Positions 48,201 to 58,045 of a stretch of 64,000 nt of DNA are shown one piece after another. Origin of the DNA: a virus. The notes beneath the pieces are model-generated. The model was not told the DNA's origin. It was given only the letters and a program-made list of their open reading frames with translations, and searched no databases. Numbering within the stretch: position 1 is the stretch's first letter; each line of letters begins with the position of its first letter. A program made the translations under genes and the position numbers. Location of the stretch: positions 32,001 to 96,000 of the IMG/VR virus record IMGVR_UViG_3300025459_000003; one strand, written 5' to 3'.

Positions 48201-49782
48201 TGTCCGCCGTGTCGGCGGTCTTGGACGTCCCTTCGTACTTCCGGGAGTCGATCCCGTAGCGCCTCAGGGTCTCCCTTGCCTCCTCCTTGGTCGGCGGCCC
48301 CATCACCCCCGCGATGGTGTCGGGCATGCGCAGGGTCTTTATGGCTATCCGAAGGCGGTGCCATTCGGGGGAGCCCTTCTCGGGAAGGCGGCCCCCGAAC
48401 TTCTCGATGTCGAACCCGCCCCTGCTGAGGCCGATCCCGCTGGCCTGCTTGTCCAGGATCCACCCGATGCAGTCCTCCATCGAGGCGGGGCCCGCGGCCA
48501 CCTTCCCGTCCTGCCTCACCACGTAGCTGCCCGAGGCCTCCTTCTCGTCGTGGCTGAAGTCCATGCCGCAGTTGCGGCAACGGAAGTGCTGCCGGGTGCC
48601 CAGGGCCCCCAGGTAGGTGCCTTCCCCGCCGCATGCCGGGCAGCTCCCGTGCGGGGCTGTCTCGTCGAGGTACTGGTCCTCCAGCGGCTCCTCGTCGTCG
48701 CTGGTGTCCGTTACCCATCCCTGGGAGCCCGGGTCCCACGCCTTGCCGCTGTTCGGGCATCCCGTCTCGTGGCAGTTCAGGCCGTTGATGTTCATCATCT
48801 CGCACTGGTTGCAGTGCAGGACGTTGGGGTCCTCCTCGTAGTCGGCGGCCTTGGCGACCGGGGAAGCCGACGCCTCCTTCGGCCCGGTGCCATCGTCGGC
48901 CCGGGGCACCTCGGCGTTGGCGTCCGGCTTCTTGTACTTGCTGTCCGCCGCCTCCTCGGGACTCTTCGTCTCGGGCCTCAGGGTGCCCTTGAGGGCGTCC
49001 CCGAGGGCGTCGAACACGTCCATCTCGGCCGGCTCCAGGACTTCCTTGGTTATGGCGTCCGCCGTCTTGGCGTCCAGAAACACCTTCTTCTTCGCCAGGC
49101 CCACCTTGCTCAGCTCCGGGTACGCCCTGAGGGGGTTCTCCGTGAGGGCCGGGTAGGTCAGCTTGGGCGTCACGTCGGTCACGTCGAGCTTCGTGGTGTC
49201 GACGTTGGTCATCAGGGCGTCGAAGCCGCTGGAGACCGCGGGGTTGAAGTAGCACCCGAACACCAGGTGGCGCAGGAGATCCGCCAGCTTCGCCTCGTCG
49301 TCCGTGAACTTGAAGCACACGTACTCCCGTATCCCGCTCCAGGAGGGGGCGAATAGGACCAGCGAGACGTTCTTTCCGTCGACGGTGAAGCACCTTTCCT
49401 TGAGGGCCTTGAGGTGCGCCTTGGCGTCCTCCGGCTCGTCGAACTCGCTCCCCGACTTGAGGGAGACGAGGTCGGCCATCTCCTCGCCCAGCCCGAGCTC
49501 CCTGAGCACCGTGCCGTAGAGCAGGGCGACCGGGAAGTCGTCCGGCTTGTCGCAGACGGACGCGGGGACGACGAAGATGCGCCCTATGCAGACGTTCTGC
49601 CTGAAGCCGTGGTAGAAGACCTCGAAGCTCTTCACGTCGCCGGAGGAGCGGGCATCCTTCTCGCCCTTCTTGACCGCTTCCACGATCTTCTGGAGCAACC
49701 CCTCGTTGACCACGAAGGCCTGGTAGCCCTTTCCCGAAATGCTGTTTCCGCTTACGGCCATGTCACTTACCCCCTGCCGCAC
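45256..49782 (-). CDS. 1508-aa modular putative head polyprotein with internal repeats
   Basis: Many KTA/KKA/KEA/KQA motifs, Zn-ribbon modules, 3x ADQ.V.PD.A.A.S repeat. Confidence 0.65.
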   Translation of the reverse strand: MRQGVSDMAVSGNSISGKGYQAFVVNEGLLQKIVEAVKKGEKDARSSGDVKSFEVFYHGFRQNVCIGRIFVVPASVCDKPDDFPVALLYGTVLRELGLGEEMADLVSLKSGSEFDEPEDAKAHLKALKERCFTVDGKNVSLVLFAPSWSGIREYVCFKFTDDEAKLADLLRHLVFGCYFNPAVSSGFDALMTNVDTTKLDVTDVTPKLTYPALTENPLRAYPELSKVGLAKKKVFLDAKTADAITKEVLEPAEMDVFDALGDALKGTLRPETKSPEEAADSKYKKPDANAEVPRADDGTGPKEASASPVAKAADYEEDPNVLHCNQCEMMNINGLNCHETGCPNSGKAWDPGSQGWVTDTSDDEEPLEDQYLDETAPHGSCPACGGEGTYLGALGTRQHFRCRNCGMDFSHDEKEASGSYVVRQDGKVAAGPASMEDCIGWILDKQASGIGLSRGGFDIEKFGGRLPEKGSPEWHRLRIAIKTLRMPDTIAGVMGPPTKEEARETLRRYGIDSRKYEGTSKTADTADNPANEAGGEANIIHPKTDAEKANTRGTEPEKAPDPNPKTGAAKCQNPNGSRPCPNDATEQYTDSKGKKWGLCRACYTNSLAARDSKKASDAKTAGPWANDGAPGRTSLSYDEFYAPTWRELAGKAIGLPPRKRAAFVKVSYVEHCKGHKNSKGELAEWCVKSHETGKILSSHKSEEAAKSHLQDMHAHSGSLKKAAAHAKGCECGFCKNKGKLPGTKDDEKKDDKKEASSHRATWEDRLQNVYDGGFEEFKAYSDTWGLARRLGYESAEAAWQDNPLVTGSVDPKDYGVVGEGRKTADTVDNIANEKGGEGAMDPKTDKEKPKTAKAASHAEVRRAETGHSKLVQQRAEARKGEEGTADAVAEEIARPLDGDEAAVSERSRAASARREKALNKKRSIQVQSFGSIWDDALEHAGIRASEKAKDDPEVAIAISVGDGKAKVKKADQDVAPDVAKAKSGLEGKTKAELANTPVSTQTVDAEKLAAKKADQSVSPDIAEAKSRLDHGAKDSIADNPDATRTEDPGKFAKAADGVAPDVAKARSETDKGAKSSLADNPAATQTVDPAKLAATDEDGFPAGSDVPGELRQSVRESDQEPPEREGTVEKIEAGRSEDGSEYSWVTIDGTRYFTLWDAADFPLKEGDRVQFWSGRARIPELHSDAPDGKFDYANILGPAAGPGGPARLAAKQADLGTSSDVGHAGPEAGPVDNPNASGTVDPIDAAKVGCAATGDDLDEEMGMGAMLGDLADLAANLPEVTGEEPAKAPQAGEGGLNNEPPAKKKAGQGAPAPEGEADVEVEDLGSIVLLRPKSDAAREWIDENLQLEDWQWYEGGAAIEHGYADAIIEGMKDDGLNVVGGPGLESEARNVIPEESNMSMEDEQKLIEKGIVAPPGKRASEGGLTPEGEMRLRLAQELIDNDDERIYDVAANVGQIVGNVKHMKWFLEAVAADLDDDEVLEYYAMRPEGEGGALDDIQEHLPTQAGWR

Positions 49783-49839
49783 CCGGCCTCTTTGGTCCGA
49801 CCGGATGCTTGTAGATTTCGACGATGCGTCTTCCGAGCC

Positions 49840-50403
49840 TCACAGCTTTCCCTTGCCGCCTATCTTGTCGGTTTCACGGCGAATCTGGGGCTCGGCAAGG
49901 GTCATCAAGTCCCTATAGTGCTTCATGATGCTCGTGCGCTGGTCCTCCAGGACCCCGGCCTCCCTCAGCGCCTTGTCGAACAGGGCAACGATCTGGCCGA
50001 GGGCGAACTTGAACTTCTCCCCGTCGAACCTCAGGATGTCCTTCTTGTTCAGGACCTCCGTGTCCATGAGCTGCTTGCCCATCTCGCGGAGCGCCTTGAT
50101 GAGGTCGGAATACGCTTTTTGCTGGTACGCCTTCAGGTAGTCCCGCCGCTGCTCCGCCATCTCCTTCGTGATGCAGGCGAGCTCCGCCGATATCAGGCGA
50201 CTTATCTCGGTGGGGTCGGCCTCGGTGTCCTGGATCAGCGTGTAGATGGCGTCCAGCCGCGTCGTGTCCGGGCGCACGAGCGGTGTCGTGGTGGTCTCCC
50301 CGTCCGGGCCTATCTGCGCGAACACGGGGCCGGAACGGGACACGTTCCCGTCCTCCCCTATCCTGATCTCCTGCTCCATCGCCACGCCCGTCGCCTTGCT
50401 CAT
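49840..50403 (-). CDS. helical hypothetical protein
   Basis: MSKATG start coupled to the upstream stop. Confidence 0.6.
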   Translation of the reverse strand: MSKATGVAMEQEIRIGEDGNVSRSGPVFAQIGPDGETTTTPLVRPDTTRLDAIYTLIQDTEADPTEISRLISAELACITKEMAEQRRDYLKAYQQKAYSDLIKALREMGKQLMDTEVLNKKDILRFDGEKFKFALGQIVALFDKALREAGVLEDQRTSIMKHYRDLMTLAEPQIRRETDKIGGKGKL

Positions 50404-52196
50404 AGGTCCCCTGCGCTGGGCTTGCTGCCCATCTCTATCCCTTCCCTGTCCTCGTTGAGGTCGATGTCGGCCTGTTCGGGCTTGTCGACCAGGTCGTATT
50501 CCCTGAGCGTCGTCGCGGCGTCCTCCGGGGGGGCCGACGCCGTCTTCCTGCCCGTCTTCTCCATCCCCGGGAATGCCAGGAGCGTGCCTCCCGTGAGCCC
50601 GCAGTGCATGTCGGAGCGGTAGGTGCAGTCGGCGCACTTCGTTGCCCCCATGATGGCGTTCCGTATGCCCAGCTTTCCCTTGAGGAACTTGCAGTCTATC
50701 TGGGACAGGGCGACCTTGGTGCCTTTCTCCTTAAGGGAGGCGACGAACGCCTTGACCGCCCGGCCCGCCTGCACGGACCCAACCTTGAGGCTTCCCTTCC
50801 TGTAGATTTCGTCCAGGGAAGCGCCGTCCTTGTGCATCGCCTCCACCGCCTCGGGATCGAACTCCGCCGAGGCCTCCTGGCGGAGCTCCCGGACGTTCTC
50901 GATGGTCCTTTGCGACGTCTTGGCGAAGGGGCGCGGGGCTGGCGTTGCCGCCACCGCCCGCTGCGGCTCGCGGTTGGCGATCTGGATCAATGCCGCCCGC
51001 TTGGACTTTGCCGGGACGCCGGCCGTCATCCTGTTGACGATGGGGGCCAGCTCGGCGGCATTGGAGACCACCGGCAGGTGGTAGAGGTTGCACGTCTTGT
51101 CCCTGAAGAAGGCGCAGCCCTCGCAGGCGGCGACCTTCTTGACGCTCTGGGCGCGGGGGACGATGCCCGCCGCCTTCCAGGCATTGTGCTGGCGCACGCA
51201 GTCGGCGCTGGTGGCTACTGAACCAGTCTTCGGCTTGACGGTCAGGATTTTCTTGCACTCGGGGCAGTAGTGGTTCCCCTCCCGCTTCTCCGGCGTCACG
51301 TCCTTGTTGCAGTGCGGGCAGGGGTCCTTCTTGGACTCGGCGGTCTTGGAGGCCGTGCGGAACTTCGCGGCGCACTCGTTGCAGTAGTAGGCCTTGAACG
51401 GCTCGCCTTCCAGGTCGGCGAAGTCCCCGATGGCATTCCTTTGCTCTCCGGAAACACCTTCGATGCCTTCTCCAAACAGCTTAGTTTCGCCACATCCCAT
51501 GCACTCGGCGTAGAACGGCGGCCCGGTGACGGGCTGGATGTTCATCGCCCGCTTCCCGATGCCACCCACTTTCTCCCGCTCGTAGGTCGGGCTTTGGTAG
51601 GGCATGTAGGCGTTGGGCTCCAGGTAGGCCAAACCCAGCAGCCCGGCGTTCTGGTTGAGGTAGCTCATGCCCATGTTGTCCTTCTTGTTGAGCAGCTCTA
51701 TCTCCCCTATCTTCTTGAGCCGTTCCGCCACCTTGGCCGGGGGCGCGCCCTGGTTGAGCAGGTCGCGGACGTACCTCTTGACCTCCTCGTCCGTCACGTT
51801 CCTCTTCTCGACTGACGCCTCGCTCTCCGCCTTGCCGAGGGACATCGTCACTTCCTCGAACAGGGACTCGTCGCTCCCTCGCTCGTTCTCGTAGTCCTCG
51901 GGCCTTGCGGCCAGGCGGGTCCGCGCCCTCTGGCCAGCCCCCAGGCGGGGGGCGGCAGCGTCCTTCTCCGACAGCCGGTTCAGGAGCACAGCGCTCTTGC
52001 TGTTGCTGGGGAGCTGGGTATGGCGGCTGGACCCTTCCGCGATCTCGTCGAGGAAGCCCTCGTCGACGTACTGGTGCGTACGGTCTAGCTGCTCCTTCCC
52101 GGACTTCTCCGCATCGGCGAGCCCCGCGTCTTCCCACGAAGGATCCCTCTCGTCCAAGATGGCGTCGATGATCGAACTGTATTCTTTGTCAGCCAT
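50400..52196 (-). CDS. Cys-rich putative head-associated protein
   Basis: 598 aa; multiple CxxC clusters; KTA motifs. Confidence 0.6.
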   Translation of the reverse strand: MADKEYSSIIDAILDERDPSWEDAGLADAEKSGKEQLDRTHQYVDEGFLDEIAEGSSRHTQLPSNSKSAVLLNRLSEKDAAAPRLGAGQRARTRLAARPEDYENERGSDESLFEEVTMSLGKAESEASVEKRNVTDEEVKRYVRDLLNQGAPPAKVAERLKKIGEIELLNKKDNMGMSYLNQNAGLLGLAYLEPNAYMPYQSPTYEREKVGGIGKRAMNIQPVTGPPFYAECMGCGETKLFGEGIEGVSGEQRNAIGDFADLEGEPFKAYYCNECAAKFRTASKTAESKKDPCPHCNKDVTPEKREGNHYCPECKKILTVKPKTGSVATSADCVRQHNAWKAAGIVPRAQSVKKVAACEGCAFFRDKTCNLYHLPVVSNAAELAPIVNRMTAGVPAKSKRAALIQIANREPQRAVAATPAPRPFAKTSQRTIENVRELRQEASAEFDPEAVEAMHKDGASLDEIYRKGSLKVGSVQAGRAVKAFVASLKEKGTKVALSQIDCKFLKGKLGIRNAIMGATKCADCTYRSDMHCGLTGGTLLAFPGMEKTGRKTASAPPEDAATTLREYDLVDKPEQADIDLNEDREGIEMGSKPSAGDL

Positions 52197-52214
52197 TTTA
52201 AGCCCCTTTTTCCC

Positions 52215-52523
52215 TCAGAACGTCAAGTCCCCCAGCAGCCCGTCCAGGAACTCGCCCGGATCGTCCTCCGGGGCGGCGGCCAGGCTGTCGCCGTTGTCCA
52301 CCTCGTCCCCGACGAGCCTGACTATCCTGTTCCCCCGTATCTTCCAGAAGTCCTTCTTGGACTCGCATATGAAGGCGTTCCCCGCGACCCTCCAGAGCCC
52401 CATGGAGGCGGCCTTCCTCATGGCCTCCCCACCCAGCGGCTCGCCTGGCGCATGGGCGAAGGGCCACTGGGCCCCCATACCGAACGGCTCCTGCATCCTC
52501 AGCCTGCCCATGCCCATCCTCAC
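52215..52523 (-). CDS. hypothetical protein
   Basis: 102 aa; first gene of the minus-strand structural block. Confidence 0.5.
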   Translation of the reverse strand: MRMGMGRLRMQEPFGMGAQWPFAHAPGEPLGGEAMRKAASMGLWRVAGNAFICESKKDFWKIRGNRIVRLVGDEVDNGDSLAAAPEDDPGEFLDGLLGDLTF

Positions 52524-52617
52524 ATATACGATTGGCTAGTCGAATTTTTCGTTTCCAAACCCTATTTTCTGTGACGGGCGAAAGAAAAGCGCAACCATTC
52601 TCCGCATTCGCGGTATT

Positions 52618-53241
52618 ATGACAATGCAGAAAATCGCCACAGCATGGAGAAACCCGATGTTCGACCCGAAGATGCACGAGAAGTGCGACGCGTACGGCAA
52701 GGACCTGCTTGAGGAGTTCCTGCTGCAGCGGGGCGTGGAGATCGGATTCCGGGATCAGGAGGACTTCTACGAGCACGGCGACATGCTGGTCTACTTCGGG
52801 GAAAGGGGGCGCAAGCTCGGCCTCCTCTCCGCCGTCGCCACGATAGAGGCGGAGGTGAGGGGGGCGGAGGGCCCGTCCCCGTGGGTCGAGGACTCCGTTC
52901 CCGGGCACCCCTACAGGTTCTCGTTCCCCACCGTTTCGGTTGAGGAGCGCAAGGCCAGGGCCCCCCATGCGATACTCCAGGTCAGCTTCGACTTCCAGAC
53001 CCCGAACGCGACCGTGGAGCTGATGAAGGACGCCAGCAACGAGGCATGGTGGGAGTACGTCGACACGGAGAAGAGGGGGCGGGAGAGGATGGCCCGCATC
53101 CCCCGGTACCGCTGCCTCCTCATCCATAAAACGAACGGTATTTGGCAGGTGTGCCCCCGATGCAACGCGGAGGGGGAAGGAAGGAGCGAGAGCCAGGAAA
53201 TCCTGCTCCAGCTCCTGTGGCCGGAGGGCGTCGGCTGGTGA
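52618..53241 (+). CDS. hypothetical protein (possible PD-(D/E)xK-like)
   Basis: GD..., EAEV motifs. Confidence 0.5.
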   Translation: MTMQKIATAWRNPMFDPKMHEKCDAYGKDLLEEFLLQRGVEIGFRDQEDFYEHGDMLVYFGERGRKLGLLSAVATIEAEVRGAEGPSPWVEDSVPGHPYRFSFPTVSVEERKARAPHAILQVSFDFQTPNATVELMKDASNEAWWEYVDTEKRGRERMARIPRYRCLLIHKTNGIWQVCPRCNAEGEGRSESQEILLQLLWPEGVGW

Positions 53242-54458
53242 TAGAACCCATAGTCCCGGACTTCGGATCAAGGCCCTACCAAATCTACGAGGGGGATGCC
53301 ATGGAGACCCTGCGGCGGCTCGCGGCGGGCGGCGTCCTCTTCGACTGCGTGGTGACGAGCCCCCCGTACTACCAGCAGAGAAGGTATGGGAAGGACCCGA
53401 GGGAGTCTGGCCAGGAGCCGGACGTTTCCTCCTTCGTGGCCTCCCTGGTCGGCCTTTTCGGCGAGGTGCCCCTGCGCCCGTGGGCGAACGTATGGGTGAA
53501 CATCGGCGACAAGAGGAAGGACGGTGCCCTGCTCGCCGTTCCCGACCGGTTCTTCGTCGCCATGCGGGATGCGGGGTTCTTCCTCCTGGACGAGGTCGTA
53601 TGGGCCAAGGAAGTGGTCCTGGCGGACGGGACGAGCGTCGGGAGGTGCATGACGGACCCTGCGGGCGGGAGGCTGAACGGCAACGGATGGGAGCCCCTGT
53701 TCCGCTTCGCCAGGCATCCCGGGAAGGCATGGTCGGACGTGAGCGCCGTGCGCATCCCGAGGGACGCCAAGAGGTTCTTCCACAAGGGCACCGAGGGCAT
53801 GGTGGGCAAGGACCCGAAAGGGGGCGGGGGGACGGGCCTTCCCGTCGAGCAGCACCGGTACAGCGCCAGCATGAGGTGCGTCACCTCCCTGGAGGGCAGG
53901 GTGCCCTCGTCCGTGTGGCAGATAGGCACCTCCAGGAGCGGGAGGGGGCATTTTTCCTCATTCCCCAGGGAGCTCGTGGAGCGCCCCGTCGCCATGACGT
54001 GCCCGGAGTATCTTGTTGACGACGGGGGGGAGATCAGGCCCAGGGAACGAATCGTCGAGCAGACCGAGTACTACGAGGGGCCGGGCAAGGGAAAGAGGAT
54101 ATTCGGTCAGTACTCGCTCCTGAACGAGCACAGCGGGAGCCCTGCCCCAGCGGGCGAGGGGGCGGAGGAGAGGGACGCCGCCACGAGGGAGAAGGCCGGG
54201 AGGGCGGACTATGCCCGGCAGTACATACCGAGGTATCCCAAGACCCTGGGCTGGACGCACGCTGACAAGCCCCTGGCGGGTCCCGGCATCGTGCTCGACC
54301 CGTTCGTGGGCACCGGAACGACGGGCGAGGTCGCCATCCTGCTGGGCCGCAGGTTCGTGGGCATCGACCTGTACCCGGAGTCCGTCAGCCAGGCGACCGG
54401 AAGGTGCGAGAAGGCATTCGAGGAGTTCAGGTCGTGCATGGACGGCGGCAGGATGTGA
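53238..54458 (+). CDS. DNA methyltransferase (N4C/N6A, beta class)
   Basis: TSPPY, NIGD, H.S.FP.EL, VLDPFVGTGTT. Confidence 0.88.
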   Translation: MIEPIVPDFGSRPYQIYEGDAMETLRRLAAGGVLFDCVVTSPPYYQQRRYGKDPRESGQEPDVSSFVASLVGLFGEVPLRPWANVWVNIGDKRKDGALLAVPDRFFVAMRDAGFFLLDEVVWAKEVVLADGTSVGRCMTDPAGGRLNGNGWEPLFRFARHPGKAWSDVSAVRIPRDAKRFFHKGTEGMVGKDPKGGGGTGLPVEQHRYSASMRCVTSLEGRVPSSVWQIGTSRSGRGHFSSFPRELVERPVAMTCPEYLVDDGGEIRPRERIVEQTEYYEGPGKGKRIFGQYSLLNEHSGSPAPAGEGAEERDAATREKAGRADYARQYIPRYPKTLGWTHADKPLAGPGIVLDPFVGTGTTGEVAILLGRRFVGIDLYPESVSQATGRCEKAFEEFRSCMDGGRM

Positions 54459-54513
54459 TTGCTTGCTGCGGAAAACAATGGATTCACATCCCTAGTTCTT
54501 TCAAGGGTTTGAG

Positions 54514-54924
54514 ATGAAAAATACGAAGCGGATCATCCAAACGACAGCAGCGGTTTTAACCCTGCTCTGGATACTGTTACCATATAGCTATTGTACAAAA
54601 CTACCGTGGCTTGTGTGGCTTCTTTTGATACCCAACGGCTATTGCCTAGCGATGTGGTCGCCCTGGCGGACCGGCTGGCGTCTTACGATGCTCGGGGTAA
54701 CCCTGAACATGGCTGTCTGCGCCCGCAATCATTGGCTGATGCCAGCCCTATCCAGCGTGCCGTTGGCCGATGGCCTGCACGTTCAGTTGAGCAGCAAGGC
54801 CCATCTGGTGTTCCTGGCGGACATCATCGGGAAGCCCAACGCATGCCTGAGCATCGGCGACGTGTTCATAGTGGTCGGATTATCCACAGTCGGAGGACTG
54901 TGGCTCCGTAGCAAGATGAAATGA
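54514..54924 (+). CDS. DUF5317-like membrane protein
   Basis: G..LN..V..N..MP, L.FLADII, SIGD. Confidence 0.6.
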   Translation: MKNTKRIIQTTAAVLTLLWILLPYSYCTKLPWLVWLLLIPNGYCLAMWSPWRTGWRLTMLGVTLNMAVCARNHWLMPALSSVPLADGLHVQLSSKAHLVFLADIIGKPNACLSIGDVFIVVGLSTVGGLWLRSKMK

Positions 54925-55032
54925 CCACTGGGGGCTTTCTAAAATGGCGATTTTTCTGGTTTTGTGGTATTGTCCGTAGCCGGGAACGGCAGGTTTCCCG
55001 GCACCTTTCATCAACCCACTGGAGGTCACACA

Positions 55033-55647
55033 ATGGACGACGTCCGTAGCAATGTCCCAGCATCCCTTCCGTCAATCCCCTCGAAGAAGGAGCCTGAAAA
55101 GGCCGAAGAAGCTCCAAACAAACCCAATCGTTTCTTGCAGATAGCTCCCGACAAGATGGAGCTGCTGGAAGACATCGTGAACGAGCTCAATGACCGCAGG
55201 GAGGCCCAGGAAAGGAGGATGGCCAGGAAGATAGCGGAGGCCCTCCTCGACATCCTGGCCGAGCAGCCCGAAAAGCTGAAGGCCATACTGCTTTCCCTTG
55301 GGATCATTGGCGACAAGGAGGCCAAGCCCACGAGCTCGCCTCGCCCAATCCCCGAGTCGGTCCCCGAGCTGGTCCCCGAGCCGGTGGCGGAGAACCCCAG
55401 CCACGAGATCGCCCCGCCCGAGGACAAGCCCGCTCCGTCCGCCGCTCCCGAGAAGGAGGAAAGGCCTCCCCAGGCTAAGAGGGGCTCCCCGGAGTACAAG
55501 GCCAGAAAGAAGTTCGACCAGAAGAACTACGAGCGCAGGAAGAAGGGGCTTCCCCCCCTTCCCAGGCCCGCCTCCTGGACCATCCCGGGGACGGCGTCCC
55601 CGGAAAACGAGGAAGGCTCGGCCCAGGATGTTCCGGAGGATGGCTAA
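55033..55647 (+). CDS. Pro/Glu-rich hypothetical protein
   Basis: GGAGG RBS. Confidence 0.5.
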   Translation: MDDVRSNVPASLPSIPSKKEPEKAEEAPNKPNRFLQIAPDKMELLEDIVNELNDRREAQERRMARKIAEALLDILAEQPEKLKAILLSLGIIGDKEAKPTSSPRPIPESVPELVPEPVAENPSHEIAPPEDKPAPSAAPEKEERPPQAKRGSPEYKARKKFDQKNYERRKKGLPPLPRPASWTIPGTASPENEEGSAQDVPEDG

Positions 55648-55754
55648 CTACTTTATTTATAAGCATTTAAGGTAAATCTTCATTTTGCGGGAAAACTCGG
55701 GGCGGACCGCTGAAAATAGCGTTCGCCCCCGTCCGTCCCCCTCCCAAGGGGGCC

Positions 55755-56558
55755 GTGGCGGCGGCCAAGGAAGGATACTCGGGGGATGCGTTCTACGTGT
55801 CCGGGGATGGGCACTTCGTCGGGGACGACGGGTTTACGGTGCCGTGCGACTTCGGGGAGTTCTACGAGCGCTTCCCCAACTACGTCCGCAACTGGGTGAA
55901 AAAAAGGCTGTATTCCCATGCCTCGGACGAGGACATCGAGGACTGGGCCCAGGACCTCCTCATCCACCTCCAGTTCCTTCCCTCGGAGTCCAAGCACCGC
56001 GAGGCCGGGAAGAAGGACGTGATCCAGACCTTCGACCCGTTCAAGCAGTACGGGGCCTCCGAAAGGAGGTTCAGGAACTACATCAACTTTTGCCTCGGTA
56101 ACAAGTTCCGCACGGTCGGGAGCAAGTTCTCCAGGAACCCGCTGAGCCATAGGGACAACATGTCCTTTACATGCGAGGACGAGGGGGAGAACGACATGCA
56201 GGGCCCGAACGCCTCCAGCGAGTACGTCTACAAGCATTCGGCGTGGCTCTCGAAGGGCAGTCAGAGGCTGTTCAAGAAGCAGGAGGATCGCATCCTGGCC
56301 TCGGAGTTCATCGACTTCGTGGCCGGAAGGGAGCCCTCGGTCGCCCCCTTCCTGCACGCCGTGGAGGAGGCCGGGGGGAGCTTCGCCGACGCCCGGCGTT
56401 TCTGGTGCATGACCTGCCAGGGCCTCGCCAACACCGTGGCGATCAGGTCCGGGCTGCACGAGGGGCACGCCATCGGGATCGACCAGAAGCTGTTCAACCG
56501 GTTCAGGAACAAAGTCAGGGAACTGGCTGCGAGGTTTGCGGAAAGGAAGGGAAGCTGA
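55755..56558 (+). CDS. putative sigma-factor-like protein
   Basis: F.EFY.R...V...DIED.AQD..I.L...FDP...F.NY pattern resembling sigma region 2. Confidence 0.4.
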   Translation: MAAAKEGYSGDAFYVSGDGHFVGDDGFTVPCDFGEFYERFPNYVRNWVKKRLYSHASDEDIEDWAQDLLIHLQFLPSESKHREAGKKDVIQTFDPFKQYGASERRFRNYINFCLGNKFRTVGSKFSRNPLSHRDNMSFTCEDEGENDMQGPNASSEYVYKHSAWLSKGSQRLFKKQEDRILASEFIDFVAGREPSVAPFLHAVEEAGGSFADARRFWCMTCQGLANTVAIRSGLHEGHAIGIDQKLFNRFRNKVRELAARFAERKGS

Positions 56559-56560
56559 GC

Positions 56561-56887
56561 ATGCCGGACAGGCCGAAGTGCGGGCATTGCGGGGAGCCGC
56601 TGGGCGGGAGGTACGGAGGCAGAGGGGAATACGCCTACATAAGGTGCGGATGCGAGGGGCAGGTGATCGAGTTGGCGAAGGACATCTGCCAGACCGACTA
56701 CGGGAGGCGGACCCTCTGGTCCGCCTTTGCGGGCGACCAGAGTGAGTATACGCCGGTGTACCCCTGCATCGTGGGCGGCAGGAGGGTCCGGGACGTGTTC
56801 CGCTACTTGGTCGGAACGTTGGACGACGACATCAACTGGAAGAGGGTGTTCGAGGCCGTATTCGGGAAGCACGAGGGGAGGCTGTGA
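56561..56887 (+). CDS. Zn-ribbon hypothetical protein
   Basis: CGHC...CGC. Confidence 0.5.
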   Translation: MPDRPKCGHCGEPLGGRYGGRGEYAYIRCGCEGQVIELAKDICQTDYGRRTLWSAFAGDQSEYTPVYPCIVGGRRVRDVFRYLVGTLDDDINWKRVFEAVFGKHEGRL

Positions 56888-56966
56888 CGGTATGAAATGC
56901 TATGTGACCTCAAAAAACCCCCGAAAACCGACCTCCTTCGCGGTATAGTATAAGCGGAGGACGAAC

Positions 56967-57428
56967 GTGGACCACATGATAACGCTTGTCTACCTGAAAA
57001 TCCAGCCTGCCAGCAAGCCGCTGACTCTGGTCTATTCCGGGATTCTTGTCTACGATGGGCACTTCAAGAAAAAGAGTGCCGCATGCCACCTCTCCGTATA
57101 CGATGGCTCCGACCTGCGCGTGCTGGTCGCCACGGAAATTCCCGAGAACGAGGGGCTCAGCATCACCAACGGTATAGAGTACGTCGCCGTGGCGGCGGAG
57201 GAACTGCTCAAGCTTTCCCACGTCTTCGGCAAGCGCGGGGCCGACAAGCCGTCCGTCCTGATCGAGCACTACACACCCGAAAGCTACGAGGGAAGGGGCC
57301 GCGGGGAGGACTTCTCCGTGATCGGGTTCGGGGCGGAGAAATGCCGCATGCGGTACTACGGGGAACCGGAATGGACGCCCATCGGCAGGGCGGAGGTCGA
57401 ACGCCTGATCGGGAGGGGCCTTGCCTAA
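56967..57428 (+). CDS. hypothetical protein
   Basis: Promoter (TATAGT) and RBS upstream; N.G.SITN motif. Confidence 0.6.
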   Translation: MDHMITLVYLKIQPASKPLTLVYSGILVYDGHFKKKSAACHLSVYDGSDLRVLVATEIPENEGLSITNGIEYVAVAAEELLKLSHVFGKRGADKPSVLIEHYTPESYEGRGRGEDFSVIGFGAEKCRMRYYGEPEWTPIGRAEVERLIGRGLA

Positions 57429-57999
57429 GGAACCCAAGGAAACGTTCTCCGTCCCCGGCCCGTCCTTCGGGCCGCTGTCCATCGTCCTGTGGGACGACCC
57501 CATCCTGTCCACGCCCTGCCCTCCGGTCTACCCGGAGGAGTTCGGGGAGGGCCTGAAAGACCTCGGAGAGAGGATGCTAAAAAGTTTGGGGTCAAACGGG
57601 ATAGGGCTATCTGGTCCGCAGGTCGGCATATCCAAGAAAATATTCGTGATGGACCTTAAAAAGATTGAAAGCAAAGGCAAGGGAGTTATCATAGCGGTCA
57701 ATCCAATGGTGGCTCCTTTTGGGAAGTACGAGATGCAAAACGAACAATGCCTTTCCCTACCGGGAATCAACGTGCCAGTGAATAGGCAAAACCAATGTAC
57801 ACTGACGTACCACGACCCATTAACAGGTGAAATGAAAATCCTGGAGCTATCCGGATTGGTCGCACGATGCGCGCAACATGAAAACGATCATCTTTTGGGC
57901 AAGCTGATTATTGACAGAACCACCCGCCAATGCAAGCGAGCGGCGCTTAGGCGACTAAAGAGTCAGAATGCTCGGCGACTGCCTTGCAAAGCCCAATGA
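57421..57999 (+). CDS. def: peptide deformylase
   Basis: GIGLSGPQVG, EQCLS, QHENDHL. Confidence 0.92.
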   Translation: MPKEPKETFSVPGPSFGPLSIVLWDDPILSTPCPPVYPEEFGEGLKDLGERMLKSLGSNGIGLSGPQVGISKKIFVMDLKKIESKGKGVIIAVNPMVAPFGKYEMQNEQCLSLPGINVPVNRQNQCTLTYHDPLTGEMKILELSGLVARCAQHENDHLLGKLIIDRTTRQCKRAALRRLKSQNARRLPCKAQ

Positions 58000-58045
58000 A
58001 AGCGGTTCACGGTGGTATGCGAGAAGGGTCCGAAAAAGGAGAAAA

